A stretch of 62,709 nt of DNA, the filler included, from Diploschistes diacapsis (taxonomy: Eukaryota): assembly GCA_023645945.1 (NCBI GenBank). It is 12 parts of 12 records of this genome, joined end to end, with 100 filler letters (N's around TTAATTAATTAA, not from the genome) between each part and the next. Parts side by side here need not be neighbours in the genome. Positions count along the whole stretch, not along the records: positions 46,126 to 49,367 come from JALAIB010001972.1; positions 49,468 to 52,708 come from JALAIB010001973.1; positions 52,809 to 56,044 come from JALAIB010001974.1; positions 56,145 to 59,377 come from JALAIB010001975.1; 8 more parts are not named here. One strand, written 5' to 3'. Made by a program: the position numbers and the translations under genes. This document shows, one piece after another, positions 46,330 to 58,503 of the stretch. A model generated the notes under the pieces. It had not been told where the DNA came from and ran no database searches. It saw nothing but the letters and a program-made list of their open reading frames with translations. Position 1 is the first letter of the stretch. Each line of letters starts with the position of its first letter.

Positions 46330-47254
46330 ATGCCTATACGATTAGAAGCACCAGTGCTCATGCTGGATGCCGGGAAGATGCATCAGATTGATACAACCAA
46401 TATTGAAAATCTCTACAGCATGTGGACCGGTGAGTGGTGTCTACAGTACTGGGACAGCAAAGCCTTGCAAGACTGACACTCTTTTTCCAGTCTTTCACAA
46501 ATGCGCAGATTCAATGGAGGAGGGCAGGCGGCTAGAGAACTTAAGCTGGAGAATATGGAACAGAGAGACCTTCTGCTGCGAGTCGAAACCTAGATTTCCC
46601 GACACCCCAACAAGTCAGACTCCGACCCCACGGCCTCGGTCGGAACGATGCGTTCCAGAACTTTCGGCCAGCGTGGACTCCATAGCGTCTACGGCAGATG
46701 AGTATGAGCACAACCTACGGGAGAGGGATCATTCGCCACCAGTACATATCAAGGGACTGTCTTCCGGAAATTCGTCTTTTGAGAGTTTCTGCCTGGGACG
46801 TGGAAGAGGCAAGCCACTTTCATCGCAAACTTTGGAACGGATGGTTATCTCGATCAAGGAGACAAAGATCAGCCAAAAGGACGATATGACAAGTCTGCCA
46901 CCCTCCATTACGGAAGCTCTTCCCATGCCCTCCATCAAGTTTGCTCCTCCACCAGCACAGGTCCGTCAGCTCAAGGCAGCCGCCGAGGGTGCTTCCCCGC
47001 CCAAGCCGCTCGCCCAGCGAGTTTCGCAGTCTTCATCATCTACTGCGCCCATCGACAGTCCTGCAAGCGGCGCCTCAAGAGCTCGAACGGTGGGCTCCGA
47101 CACCAGCGCAGAGTTTATCGCTCCTCACAGCATCGTTCGTGGTTTTGGACCCAACCGGATATCTTCGTCCCAGAGAACAAATTCAAACCTCACAACTACG
47201 CACTCTCCCGTTCCTATCAAGTCCGTCCTACGGACGAAGATGGAGGTGCAGCCC

Positions 47255-47301
<47 letters not shown>

Positions 47302-48163
47302 GGCTCCGAATTTCATGCTCGGAGGCTCCTCGGATGATGAAAGCTCCTTTGATGACCAGAAGTCATTCAGGACATCTCAAAGCTCTTTGACCGCGGCCCT
47401 GAGAAACCAGCCTCCGTCTCAGAGGAAGATGACCACTTTCAAGGAGGAGATTGAGTCCCGCACGATAGCAAACGCTTCCGCCGCGGACGAGGACGCCATT
47501 GACACCGACGACGAGGAAGACGACGATGACGAGGAAGACGATGTTTCCGAGACTGCCATCGAAGAGGAAGGAGAGGATTCTTCCGACTGGGAAGATTCTG
47601 CAACCGACAGCGGCGCTGCCAGCCCTTCAAGCCGGCCACAGTTTCCTCGCGTGGACTCGAGATCCAATCTCGTATCTCGAAGGTCCCTTCTTACCACTCA
47701 ACTGCATCAAGCCGACAGAGCTGCAGCTCTTGCTGGCCAAGCGTCAAAATCACAGCCGGTCCTACAGCGATCGAGGACGTCGTCCAGATCACACAATCGC
47801 GACCCCCCTTCGGACGACGAATCGGTCCCAAACAAGAAAGCTGCCAACGTTCCTCGCTCGAAGCCTATCCTCATGGCCACGCCGAGCTCTTCGGCCCACC
47901 ATGCTCTGTCCCCCAGAACCACGCGTCGGAACATGCTGGCCACCGAACTCACCGAGTCTCTGAGGAAGCACCTTCTGTGGGAAAGGCAGCAGAAGAACAC
48001 CACCGCCAATGCCGTTCTCAAGCGCCGACATACGGCGCAAGACGTGGCGAATCTCAAGCAGTACCCCGAGAACGGAAAGGGTTCCGGAACCGGATCCAAA
48101 AACAACTCGTGGAACGCTTACTTCGAACACGGCCTCGGCGAATACAACGCTCGAGGCTGGTAG
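46330..48163 (+). CDS. DUF1752 + DUF3295 domain protein (Mks1-like regulator family), 2 exons
   Basis: ATG 46330; intron 46430-46490; MWTVFHKC...GRRLENLSWRIWNRE; SPRTTRRNMLATELTESLRKHLLWERQQK...YNARGW*. Confidence 0.85.
47255..47299 (+). repeat. Perfect (AAC)15 coding microsatellite (poly-Asn)
   Basis: Read directly. Confidence 0.95.
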
Positions 48164-49367
48164 ATAATTTCAAACATCATTGCATAGCCCGCCCCCCCGG
48201 AGCGAGTCTTTTCGATTTTTTCGATTTCGCATAGCATTAGGTTACAGGCGAACTTCTCATTCCCCGTGTCGATATCTGGTTCCTACTACCTTTCGACGAC
48301 GGCATTCTTGCACAAGCATAATTTTACAAAATTCCGTGGCATTCACTAAAAAGCCTTTTGAGGAATTCTTTCATGTTTTTCTTCTTCTTTTTACTACAGT
48401 TGGGAAAAAGACTACGGTGCGTTGCTCACGCGAAATAAGATACACGATACCAACGGCCTCGACAGCCTAAGGCGCTCTGCGTCAATGCCAACTGGCTATT
48501 TACTTTTACTCGATAATATTTCGGATTATTTCGACATGGGCCGGGTCTGTTGAGACGGGCTTGGTGTGTGGACTGGCTGTTCTTTGGGTCTCCGCCGGGT
48601 CGACGGAGGTGGTACTTGTCCCTGTGTGCTTCCAAGGCTTCGATGGTGGAGATTGGCCTTTTGGGAAAACCAAGGAAGAAGGTTTTGTGACGGGTTGGGA
48701 ATTTCGTCCCAAAGAAATGCGAGGAGTAGATTTGTTCGAGAAGCATTCGTGAAAATTTCTTCCTCACAACGTGTCAGTGCTTACTCAGCCCCTGCCGGGA
48801 AACTTGCCGTGTCGATCCTCTCAACCAGCGCCTTTCTCAGCTGCCACTGCATGGTGACCACGGTTATCACCCTACCGGCCATTGCTGTTTCGGCCATGCA
48901 CATGCGTTTGTGTGCGCGTGCAGAAGCAAAGCAGGGGCTGCTCTGAGGGCAGCTAATCTCACCGTTTCTGCCGGCAGCTCAGCATGTGAAATTGGGTTAC
49001 GTTACCCACCGGGTGTGGGGTGAGATTGGGGGACGCTGGCACGGAACTCGTTCCAGCAGCATGACTACGACTTGGGACGCTTTTTTCCATCTCGACCGAA
49101 GTGCATGCCGAGCCTCTACGCTCCGCTCTAACCTTTGGCCTGGGCTGTGAGTGTGGGTAGCCCGGAATGCTAGGCATGTTGCTGGACCCCTCGATCATGA
49201 TATTTTATAAAAACCAAAATAAATTACGTTCAAAAACAGAGAGTCGCTTCAATTCGCTGTGGTTGTCTTTTGGCGGAGGAGCACGCTAGACGTAGCTCAC
49301 GAGATTCCAGACGAAACAAAAAGCCAGCAATTTCCCCCGCCCTTCATCTTCCCCCATTGTCCTCCTT

Positions 49368-49467
49368 NNNNNNNNNNNNNNNNNNNNNNNNNNNNNNNNN
49401 NNNNNNNNNNNTTAATTAATTAANNNNNNNNNNNNNNNNNNNNNNNNNNNNNNNNNNNNNNNNNNNN
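49368..49467. other. Artificial contig linker
   Basis: N44-TTAATTAATTAA-N44. Confidence 0.98.
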
Positions 49468-49770
49468 CTTGAGGGTTGGGGGTGGATCCTTTAGCTTTGT
49501 GGAGGAGGTCGTGGGTGCTGTTGGGGATTGCTTTTTGGGGTGGGTTTGTTTGGCTAAAGGATGATCGTGTGGGTTCTTGTCGTCTGCCGGGTCAGAGGCA
49601 TCGGATGCTTCTGATCTTGAGTCATCGTGGTCGGCAGCGGAGAGCTTTCGTCGCTTGGCGGAGCTTCGGCCGACTCGTGAGAAGCGGCTGTCTTCGACTT
49701 CGGCATCGTTCTCGGAGCTAGCGTTTTCCTCGTCGCTTATATCGAGGTATTCGTTACGCTTGCTGCCCAT
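49468..49770 (-). CDS. ESF2: Probable pre-rRNA-processing protein ESF2, N-terminal part only
   Basis: MGSKRNEYLDISDEE...EDSR...KRRKL resembles Pezizomycotina Esf2 N-termini; the diagnostic RRM lies beyond the contig end. Confidence 0.55.
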
Positions 49771-49979
49771 GGTTAGTTCTTTTGCTCTGTATTTGTCTTA
49801 GATGCGTGAGCGGTGGTCCTCTACTTCTTGCTATGAGCTCACTGGGTGTGGGTGGTCGGCGGCACGAAGGACCGGGAACGCCAAGCCCTACGACCAAAAA
49901 AAGCTCCAGATTAGAACGCTTCCATAGAGCTTTCCTTCTGGCCTCTGTGCATGCTTAAAGCCCACATATTTAATTCTAA

Positions 49980-52334
49980 ATGGCAGCAGCACGGCATGCC
50001 GCGCGAGTGACAGGATGTGTTGGGTGCCACTCGATAGCTCTCAGTGCACTCCTCGACCTTGCTGGACTAGCTGTTCGCCAAACAGCTTGTCGACCGGTCT
50101 CGATTGCCCCCAGAAATCCTTCCTTTGGTGGACTTCGACGCTTTTCGGGTTCTGCGTTAAAGCGAATAGAAACTGCTCAGTCTACTTCGGCAGCTACTCA
50201 GCAAGACTCGATTGCAGAGGAACAAGAATATGATGCAGAATTTGTCCAATACAATGCTATCCAACAGCCAGAGCAAAGGCAATACGATGAGAGTGAAGAA
50301 CAGCCTTCCTCAGTCCCCTGGTATCTGCAAGATCAGGGTCCTGGAAAAGAACCACTATCAAAATCAACGCGCGAAAAAATCCCTGACCTTCCTCCTGACC
50401 CTCCTGAAAACCTGCAAGTCATTCTTGAGCATCTTTCCAGTACCATTGGGTTGGATTACCTTACTCTAATGGATATGCGGAAACTAGATCCTCCACCTCC
50501 ACTTGGAGCAAATCTGATCATGCTACTTGGAACTGCAAGAAGCGAGAAGCATCTTCATGTTGCAGCAGACCGCTTTTGCCGCTGGTTGAGGTCAACTTAT
50601 AAATTAGCACCAGATGCGGACGGATTGATAGGCAAGAATGAGCTGAAGAAAAAACTTCGCAGAAAAGCTAGAAAAGCTAAGCTGCTCCGGAGTGCACACG
50701 CCCCGCCTCCAGCTGATCCGGACGATGGAACCAGTACAACCTGGATCTGCGTAAATGCTGGTTTTATCGAGAAGGAGGTAGTGGAAGAGCATTCGTTAGA
50801 CTCTGAGGGGACTATTGGGTTTGGTACACGGATCAAGGGGACCAGGCTTGTGGTCCAGATGTTCACGGAAGATAAACGGGAACAGCTAGACTTGGAGACA
50901 CTTTGGAATGGCTACGTGAAACGTCAAGCACGGAGGGAGGCTGAGATTGCAGATAAGGTCGGTGACGAATTAGGACTGGGGGGAAGCACACTTCACGAGG
51001 TTCGTTCTACACGGGACTACTTTCGCCAATCTCTTGCTGATACCTCTTCCTCGACAAGGTTCCAGCCTCAAACTCAATCTCTCGTAGCCTCTCGTCAAAC
51101 ACGCAGCTACCATAGCTCAACTCGTCGCACCCTTGAGCCTTCCACTGCGGATAAGGTACCTGCGTTTCCATTGGAAATGGAAAGAGTCTCGAATTCAATA
51201 GATCCTCTTCAACCTGTTGCCCGAAACCAAACACCTACGCAACCCGAATGCCCAGAACCCATACGCCTACTCTGCGGCCTAAACGAGCTCAGATCGAAGG
51301 AGGTTCGCACTCATTTAGGCAAGGGAGCCTCTGATAGAGGCTCAACCGAGTTTTTAGCCGCGTTCTTTGCCTCAGTACCGCCGTCTGAAAGCGAAAGTTA
51401 TTGGTGCTTGCGTCTTAAACTTATTCGAAAGGGTCTGATGGCACAACACGAGGGATATGGCACAGGTGCCATCATAGACTTGCTCGAGGAGATTGCTCAG
51501 TCGGAGACGCACATGCAGGCAGTCGCCAGTCAGCGCATTATTGATCGTATTGTGCGAAATGTTCTTGTCCGTATTGTTACAGGCAAAGAAACGTCGTTGT
51601 CTCCCCACCTATATCGGCTGGTTAAAGTCCTTCAGAATAAACTACTTCACTTTACATTAACGAATTCTTGGACCATTGGGTGGCTTTTCCTGGCTCTCAT
51701 TACAACTCGCCTGCTCGAGTCCGAGACATATGCAATTAGACCAGACGCTATCTGGCATATGACCTGCGTTTCGGAGCAAGTGGGCCTTCATCAATCCCAG
51801 GAGATCAAGTCAGGCATACACGTCGGAGTTCTTGAAGGGCTTGCAATCATCGGTGACTGGACCGCATATTGGCGTTACTGGAATGGCATTGCCAGGCGCG
51901 CGGAACGCAGGCCCGCCTTCCTCTACGCTGCCATGTTTCGCCACATAGCATCGAGACAAAACGCAAGAAAATGTTTCGAAGCGCTAATCGAATGGATCCC
52001 GGCAATGTCTACGGAAGAGCCACCGGTCCGGATTGTAAGCGAGCTGGCGGATTCAGTCAAGGCATGCGTGGAGCTTGCAGACCCAGACGTGCTCGAACAG
52101 GTTAGACTGGGAACCAACGATGGCGGACAATGGGTCAAGCTCTGGCGCCATTGCGTTGCTGCTCGCCAGGAGCTAGCGGATGATGGGGAAACTACGCCGG
52201 ACAAGCTAATGTACAGACTCGAAAGAATTCGAGCAAGATTTATGGCCTACAAGGAGCAGACTAGGATTGCTCCAGGGAGCGGAGAACCGACGCTTTCACC
52301 GTCGAGCCCGGAAGAGGAACTTGACGACATCTGA
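49980..52334 (+). CDS. ATP25: ATPase synthesis protein 25, mitochondrial
   Basis: Presequence-like N-terminus; VPWYL; GLDYLTLMDMRKLDPPPPLGANLIMLLGTARSEKHLHVAADRFCRWLR; VVQMFTEDKREQLDLETLW (RsfS-like domain). Confidence 0.9.
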   Translation: MAAARHAARVTGCVGCHSIALSALLDLAGLAVRQTACRPVSIAPRNPSFGGLRRFSGSALKRIETAQSTSAATQQDSIAEEQEYDAEFVQYNAIQQPEQRQYDESEEQPSSVPWYLQDQGPGKEPLSKSTREKIPDLPPDPPENLQVILEHLSSTIGLDYLTLMDMRKLDPPPPLGANLIMLLGTARSEKHLHVAADRFCRWLRSTYKLAPDADGLIGKNELKKKLRRKARKAKLLRSAHAPPPADPDDGTSTTWICVNAGFIEKEVVEEHSLDSEGTIGFGTRIKGTRLVVQMFTEDKREQLDLETLWNGYVKRQARREAEIADKVGDELGLGGSTLHEVRSTRDYFRQSLADTSSSTRFQPQTQSLVASRQTRSYHSSTRRTLEPSTADKVPAFPLEMERVSNSIDPLQPVARNQTPTQPECPEPIRLLCGLNELRSKEVRTHLGKGASDRGSTEFLAAFFASVPPSESESYWCLRLKLIRKGLMAQHEGYGTGAIIDLLEEIAQSETHMQAVASQRIIDRIVRNVLVRIVTGKETSLSPHLYRLVKVLQNKLLHFTLTNSWTIGWLFLALITTRLLESETYAIRPDAIWHMTCVSEQVGLHQSQEIKSGIHVGVLEGLAIIGDWTAYWRYWNGIARRAERRPAFLYAAMFRHIASRQNARKCFEALIEWIPAMSTEEPPVRIVSELADSVKACVELADPDVLEQVRLGTNDGGQWVKLWRHCVAARQELADDGETTPDKLMYRLERIRARFMAYKEQTRIAPGSGEPTLSPSSPEEELDDI

Positions 52335-52708
52335 AGATAGAGTGCGAACAAAAAGAATGGGCTACTCAGGTATTCCAGAGCAACATAGCAGAGGTCGCAG
52401 ACGCGAGCATACGGGTCGTTAGCAGCATTTCAAAGTCGGACAGTAGCTAATAACGGGAACGAAGCCACCTTTATAACGAGCAACGATCGAAGCACAAGTA
52501 AAAAAGTTCAAGCACTCCAGTCAAGCACTCCAGACGAGGATAAGACTACTAAGTAGTCTGGTCTCATCGACCAGCAGATTTAGCTTATTAAATTTAATCA
52601 TCATCACCAAACCAATCTATCTAAATCCCTCCTGCTCCGTTCTGCCGTTTATCCCGCTCAACCACCCTATCCTCGCCCTCGCCCTTGCCCTCACCCTCAC
52701 CCTCACCC

Positions 52709-52808
52709 NNNNNNNNNNNNNNNNNNNNNNNNNNNNNNNNNNNNNNNNNNNNTTAATTAATTAANNNNNNNNNNNNNNNNNNNNNNNNNNNNNNNNNNNN
52801 NNNNNNNN
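52709..52808. other. Artificial contig linker
   Basis: N44-TTAATTAATTAA-N44. Confidence 0.98.
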
Positions 52809-54670
52809 TCATGGGAGGTGGCATCAGGAAGGGTTGGATGGGGGATTGCATGGGACGTAGGAGGGGGCCAGGAGGAAGAGGGGTTCTGGTCCTTGTATAA
52901 CTTGGCGGCTCTTTTTCTGATTTTGATATGCTTGTACCATTATGGCATTTCTGCAGAGGGGTGGTGCCCGGCTAGCATTTTTTCAGCGGCGAAGCATTAA
53001 GTTGTCCCAATTTAAACAGACACAGGTTCAAGTCACACCCCCATTTGACAGAGTAGTTTGCCAAGACTGACAAATACTACTTACTATACAGGCAATACTT
53101 AACTTACTATACCCATTTGAAAAGTCATAACCCCCGAACCCCGTGCGAAGCCTTAACTGCCTACCATACTACATAGCTAATCAGAGACTGGAAACAAAAT
53201 AATGGCCGAAGCATCCGAGTTTTGCAGGAAAAATCCCGAGGAAATCGCCGGGTTATGTAGAATAATAACTCTTTCGTAGTACGAAACGCACTATCTTCGC
53301 TCGTTTCAAGCATTTTGGGACTGTTTCAAGATGCGGGCACATCTGGTACAAGTTTACAACCTCCTCGGTCGTCCAGCCGCCAGTTTGGCCCAGGTTTATT
53401 CGGCTTATGAATTCTCTGCTTTTTTGCCTCCCATGTCCAACGAGAAGGAAGCTCATCTGCTTATGAGCTGTTTCAGCGTCGCGATAGTGCAGGGTTTGTT
53501 TACGAAGAGGATTCGGCTTTCTGTTTCTGTTTCTGGTTCGGTCACAACAAGACTGGGCACAGCATAGACCCCGGGTGGTCAGTGGTCAGTGGTCAGTGGT
53601 CACCCCGGGTACCTACTAGATAAGTATCCCACCCCCACTCAAGCGCATGAATATGAGAGATGGCCTTGAAACAACAACAGACGTAGATAGATAAACTCTT
53701 GACAACGAGATGGAAGCTAAGTTAGTGAAACTCAACCTAATCAGCTTCGAAAGCTTAGCCAGTTGTTTCGTTTCTCGTATCAGTGCAGAGTTTAGAGTTG
53801 CGACGTGGAAGAGCCCCTGGTGCCCTGCTCTCAGACTCTTAGAATCTCAGACAGACAGCCGTCAAGGACATTTGCCACCTCATTCAGATTTGGGGATATC
53901 CGGGGGCCCTCTGAGCGGTCGTCATCTACCGCCGAGCAATTCTTAGAAGCATCGGCCACACCTTCTTCTTCCTCTTCTTCCCCCTAGCTCCCGCATCACG
54001 AACGTAAGACATGAAAGGATACGTACGATTGGAAAAGCTAGAGATATGGCGTCGCGTCAACTGCCAATCGGAATATCATGCTAAACGGGATCTTTAGTAA
54101 CTGGCGAATCCTTTCATCGCTTGGCTTCCATTAGCCCTCGATTACTCTTCTTCCCGCTCTCCCGTTTCTAATTTGGGTTTCCCACCACACCCTTCCAGCC
54201 GCCGTCCATCGACAAGGCAAAGGCAATACATTCAAGCTTCTGAGATTTACGAGGGAAAACCATTGGCCCTTTTACCCCAGCTCTCCACGCTTGTATCTAT
54301 TCTGGGCTTGAGTCTTCTTCCAAATGAATGCGCTCCGTTAGCCTGCCGCCGATTATTGTTAGAACGCCAGCCAAATTTGGCAGCGCGGCATGCATAAAGC
54401 TTCAAAGGTCACAGTATATAGTCTCAACTCATTTCGCCTTTGTTTTTGGCTTGCTCTCCATCAGCATCGTCAGCTTTCCATTTCGGCATCCTTCCCTAAG
54501 CTTGCTATTGGGTCCTCCTCATCCCCGCAGAGCATCTTGACCGTTGCTTGGCTTCTCTTTCTTTTACCTTCTCAGGCACGGCCCAGTCGTTCTAATAGAT
54601 AGCTCGCCACAATCACCACCTCCGACCAGCTTGCCAGACCACTTACCAGACCACTTACATAACCGCCACC

Positions 54671-55348
54671 ATGCGCTCCTCGATAATCATAGCCTCCACC
54701 CTCGCAGCCCTCGCCTCCGCTGCGCCCGTTCCATTCCCCCAGTTCAACCCTCTCAGCCTCCTCTCTCTGATACCAAAATACTTGCCCAGCCCGCCTCCCG
54801 GCTCCTGCCCTCTCACCGCCGCCACCCAGCCCTCCTCGGCGCTACCCACCCCGGCCTCCGGCCTGACTCTCGCCCTCGTCGCCATCGGCCGCGGCACGCA
54901 GAACTACACCTGCGCCGACTCGACCGCGACAACCATCCCCGTCGCCCTCGGCGCCAACGCCACCCTCTTCAACGCTAGCTGCATTGCCTCTAAAATGTCC
55001 AGCGTCATACTGCAGGACATCACCGCCAGCTTCCTCAACCTCTCGCCGAGCCAGATCCCGCTCAACGCCGTCGGCCACCACTTCTTCGTCGACCCCACCA
55101 CGCCCACCTTTGCCATCGACGGCTTCGGCACCACGGAACTCAAGAAGAGCAACTCGACCAGCGCGCCGGCGAACGCGGCCGGCGACGTCGCCTGGCTGAA
55201 GCTGGACGTGCCCACCACGGAGACGAGCGCGGTCATCAAGGAGGTTTACAGGCTCGGCACGCAGGGCGGCATGCAGCCCTCCAACTGCTCGGGCGCGCCG
55301 GCCGCTTTCCAGGTGCAGTATGCGGGAGAGTACTGGTTCTACACGTGA
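54671..55348 (+). CDS. Secreted DUF3455-family protein (often mis-annotated as malate dehydrogenase)
   Basis: Signal peptide; GRGTQNYTC, GANATLF, GHHFF, VAWLKL, VYRLGTQGG and QYAGEYWFY. Confidence 0.88.
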   Translation: MRSSIIIASTLAALASAAPVPFPQFNPLSLLSLIPKYLPSPPPGSCPLTAATQPSSALPTPASGLTLALVAIGRGTQNYTCADSTATTIPVALGANATLFNASCIASKMSSVILQDITASFLNLSPSQIPLNAVGHHFFVDPTTPTFAIDGFGTTELKKSNSTSAPANAAGDVAWLKLDVPTTETSAVIKEVYRLGTQGGMQPSNCSGAPAAFQVQYAGEYWFYT

Positions 55349-56044
55349 GGGAAGGGGAAGGCGAGACACGGGCGGCTTTTGTGAATATGCTTCGGTTCTT
55401 GTCATTCTTTGATGATTTTACCACGATACCCCGCGCGCACACGGGCGGACCTGGGCCCTTGCATCCTTCTTTACGCGGTCACGGTTAATGGCGCAACGAC
55501 CTGAGCAGGACGGTGTTTCTTGGACAGGGATAGACGGGGGGCCGGTTCCGGTCTGTCCGTCATGGGCGGAAAGCATAGATGGCTAGGCGGTGCCTGGCAA
55601 AGGGCTCGGATACTGAGAAACTACTAAATAGTGAAAACCTTCAAAGCAGTCCCACAAAAAATAACTTCAAAACTTGACTCTGTCTAACTGCGGGCGTGCA
55701 TTCATTCGTCGTGCTTTGCTATAGTTCTACGAAAAACAAACAGTTGTCTTGTCATTCCGATATGTCCCAGAGGACACATGACAAGCCCTCTCCGAAGCAG
55801 CAAACCACTTGGTAGCCGCACAGCAACAAAAAAGGGTAAAATAAAATAAAAACGCTACCGGGTGCAGAGTCGAACAGAACAGAACAGAAGAAAAAAAAAG
55901 GAAAAAGGAAGGCACTGCGCTCTCTTCCCAAAAGCCTTCTTTTTTCCTTCACTTCTTTCTCTTCCAATATCAAAATCCACCCCCCCCCCAAACCCTGCAC
56001 CTCCCCATTCAAAACCCAATATTCAAACGCACACGCCCTACTGC

Positions 56045-56144
56045 NNNNNNNNNNNNNNNNNNNNNNNNNNNNNNNNNNNNNNNNNNNNTTAATTAATTAA
56101 NNNNNNNNNNNNNNNNNNNNNNNNNNNNNNNNNNNNNNNNNNNN
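56045..56144. other. Artificial contig linker
   Basis: N44-TTAATTAATTAA-N44. Confidence 0.98.
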
Positions 56145-57860
56145 CCCCAAACTCGATCATCTCAGCTCTTCTTTCTCCTGGTTCAACTCTAAGAAAGCTG
56201 GGAGTCACGATCCCCTCTTGCACAGCTGCCCTCAACTATGCGTTGGCTAACGGCTCCTATGCAGCGGCTTCGCCCCTAATTGCTGCAGAGTATGGTGTTA
56301 GTTGCTGGCTGCAAGCATAGGGCTAATGGCTTACAATATCGGCTTCTCTTTTGCGCCTATGGTCTTGGCCCTCTTCTCAGAGATTAATGGCCGCTACCCC
56401 GTCTTTACCTCTACGGCAATATTCTACTTGATTATAACCGTATAATGTCCAGTGTCTCGGTGCTATGGAGGCATGCTTGCCGCGAGACTCTTCGCCGGCA
56501 TCGGCAGCTCCACTGCATCCTCGATGATCGCAGGTGTTGTGTTCGACATGTACTGAAGAGTGCGATGCACCCATGGCCATTTTCAGCGCAATCAGCTTTC
56601 TGGGACTGGCCTTGTCTGCGTTGTATGCCTATATTGTGATCTCCAATCTCTACTAGAGATGGGTCTCTTATATCCAAATCATCCTAACCAGCATCGTCAC
56701 CGTGGTCATGGTCTTCTTCTTAAAAGAGTCTGGAGAGAACATTATCCTCAGCCGAAGAGCTCAAGCTCTGACAAGTGATACGAGGCTAGGGAACAAGCCG
56801 GGTGTATGGAGTCGAAAAGAGCTGAGGCTCCTCTTCATTGGGAGAAAAGGGAAACTCTACCCAGCGTGTTAGGTGGAACGTGGAGGCGGACGAGGAAAGG
56901 CCATCAATAGGGACTATGATCAAAAGATCTGTCAGCAGACCCTTCCGTAAGTCAGGTTCCCCCCTTTGAAGACCTCCGATGTACACGAATGAACTAGATC
57001 AGCTAATTACCCCTTTCGTTGTGTCGGACATGCTAGTCACCGAACCCATCGTCTTCCTCTTTGCTCTCTGGACCGCTTTCACGTTTCTCGCAGTCTTCCT
57101 ATTCTTCGACGCTATCCCTGTTGTCTTCTCCACTAGCTATGGGTTTAACGTGCAACCATTCGGAGCCGTCTTCACCGCGCTCTTTGTTGGCACATTCATC
57201 GGTACAATGTGTCTATACTAAAACGGGTCCTACAATTTGTTGAAGCTCGCTTAAGGCATATCATAATGAAAGGGCATCTGCGGCTGCTAAGCCAGAAGGC
57301 CGCCTCGCTTTTGCCTGCGTCGAGAGCATTCTGGTGCCAATTGCGCTGTTCTGATCTGCTTGGACGCAGTTACCGTCAATATCCTGGATTGTGCCAACCC
57401 TCGGTACTGGTTGTATTGGCATGTGCACCTTGGTCGTCTTCTGTGAGTAGAATATGTATCCTTATCACTCTAGCTAACCGGGTCAAGTGCTGTCTTCAAT
57501 AACTTAGCAGATGTATGCGGCTCCTACTCAAGTTCAACCCTTACTGCTGCTGCTTTCTGTAAGAGCTCCATGCTCATACTTACAACTAAGGTCACCGATA
57601 GTCTTTATCAGGTCATAATATGCCAGCGGCTTTGGCACGCTCTATGCGACTCCGATGTTCAACAATCTGACCTTCCAAGGTACTGGACGCCTCTTAGGTG
57701 GTCTGGTACACCTCCATTCTTGCTAATTAATCAACTGAGCGACCAGAGCTAACAAATATCCTCTCCAGGAAATCTGAACTACAATTGCGCCAATTCTCCT
57801 GACAAGATATGGCGAGCGTGTGCGGGCGTAGTCCAAGTTCGCAAGTCAAGTTTCGGCATC
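56145..57860 (+). pseudogene. MFS transporter (DHA1 drug:H+ antiporter type) pseudogene
   Basis: Fragments APMVLALFSEINGRYPVF, ARLFAGIGSS, RPF/MLVTEPIVFLFALW, PEGRL and PMFNNL in shifting frames with in-frame stops. Confidence 0.82.
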
Positions 57861-58503
57861 GCAACCAGCCACTCGGCTACAGCATGTCATATCAATTACT
57901 TAGCGTTAGGTGAGCCAACTACTCGCATTTTCTAGATGCACTAACGTAGATTGTGTCCGAAATGGGAGGTGTAAGAAAGGTTGAGTAAGGTTGCCGGAAG
58001 CGGCAAGAGATTCACAGTCGATACAAAGTCGAGGTACTGCTGCTGTAAATATCATTCGAATACTATAAGAATGCATCCGAGCAGGCCTCTCGTCTCTCTT
58101 CCCATTTCCCATGTAGGATAACTGTGTGATCTTATTGAGACACCATGATCTTCTCCACTCATTGCCGTGCCACATGTGTTATTTCCTGTTTTTCAATTTT
58201 ATGTTATCAAGCAGGCTGGAGCGTTGAAATCTGTGTAATGAGACTGCATCTCTATGAGTTCTTGCTTCAGCCGGTCTAGTAAATCATCCGAATGATACCA
58301 CATCTGGCCATGAATTGGTTAGGATACTCAGCCCCTGAAAAGAAGGGAGGAATGCATCGCCAAGTCTTTCCTACAACGGCTAGATTATGACGCAGCTAAG
58401 GGCTTCTCCAGAATCTTCAAGATAACTCTTGTAAGAAAAGATTACTACTTCTAGCATTTTTCGGGTTTCCAGGTAGTGCGACCAGTCTGTCGTTCCTCAC
58501 GCT

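Noticed and set aside
52670..52708. (CCCTCA/CCCTCG)n at a contig end as a telomere
   Set aside because: Not the CCCTAA repeat, short and degenerate, and the C-rich strand is at the 3' end, which is the wrong orientation; a simple repeat that broke the assembly
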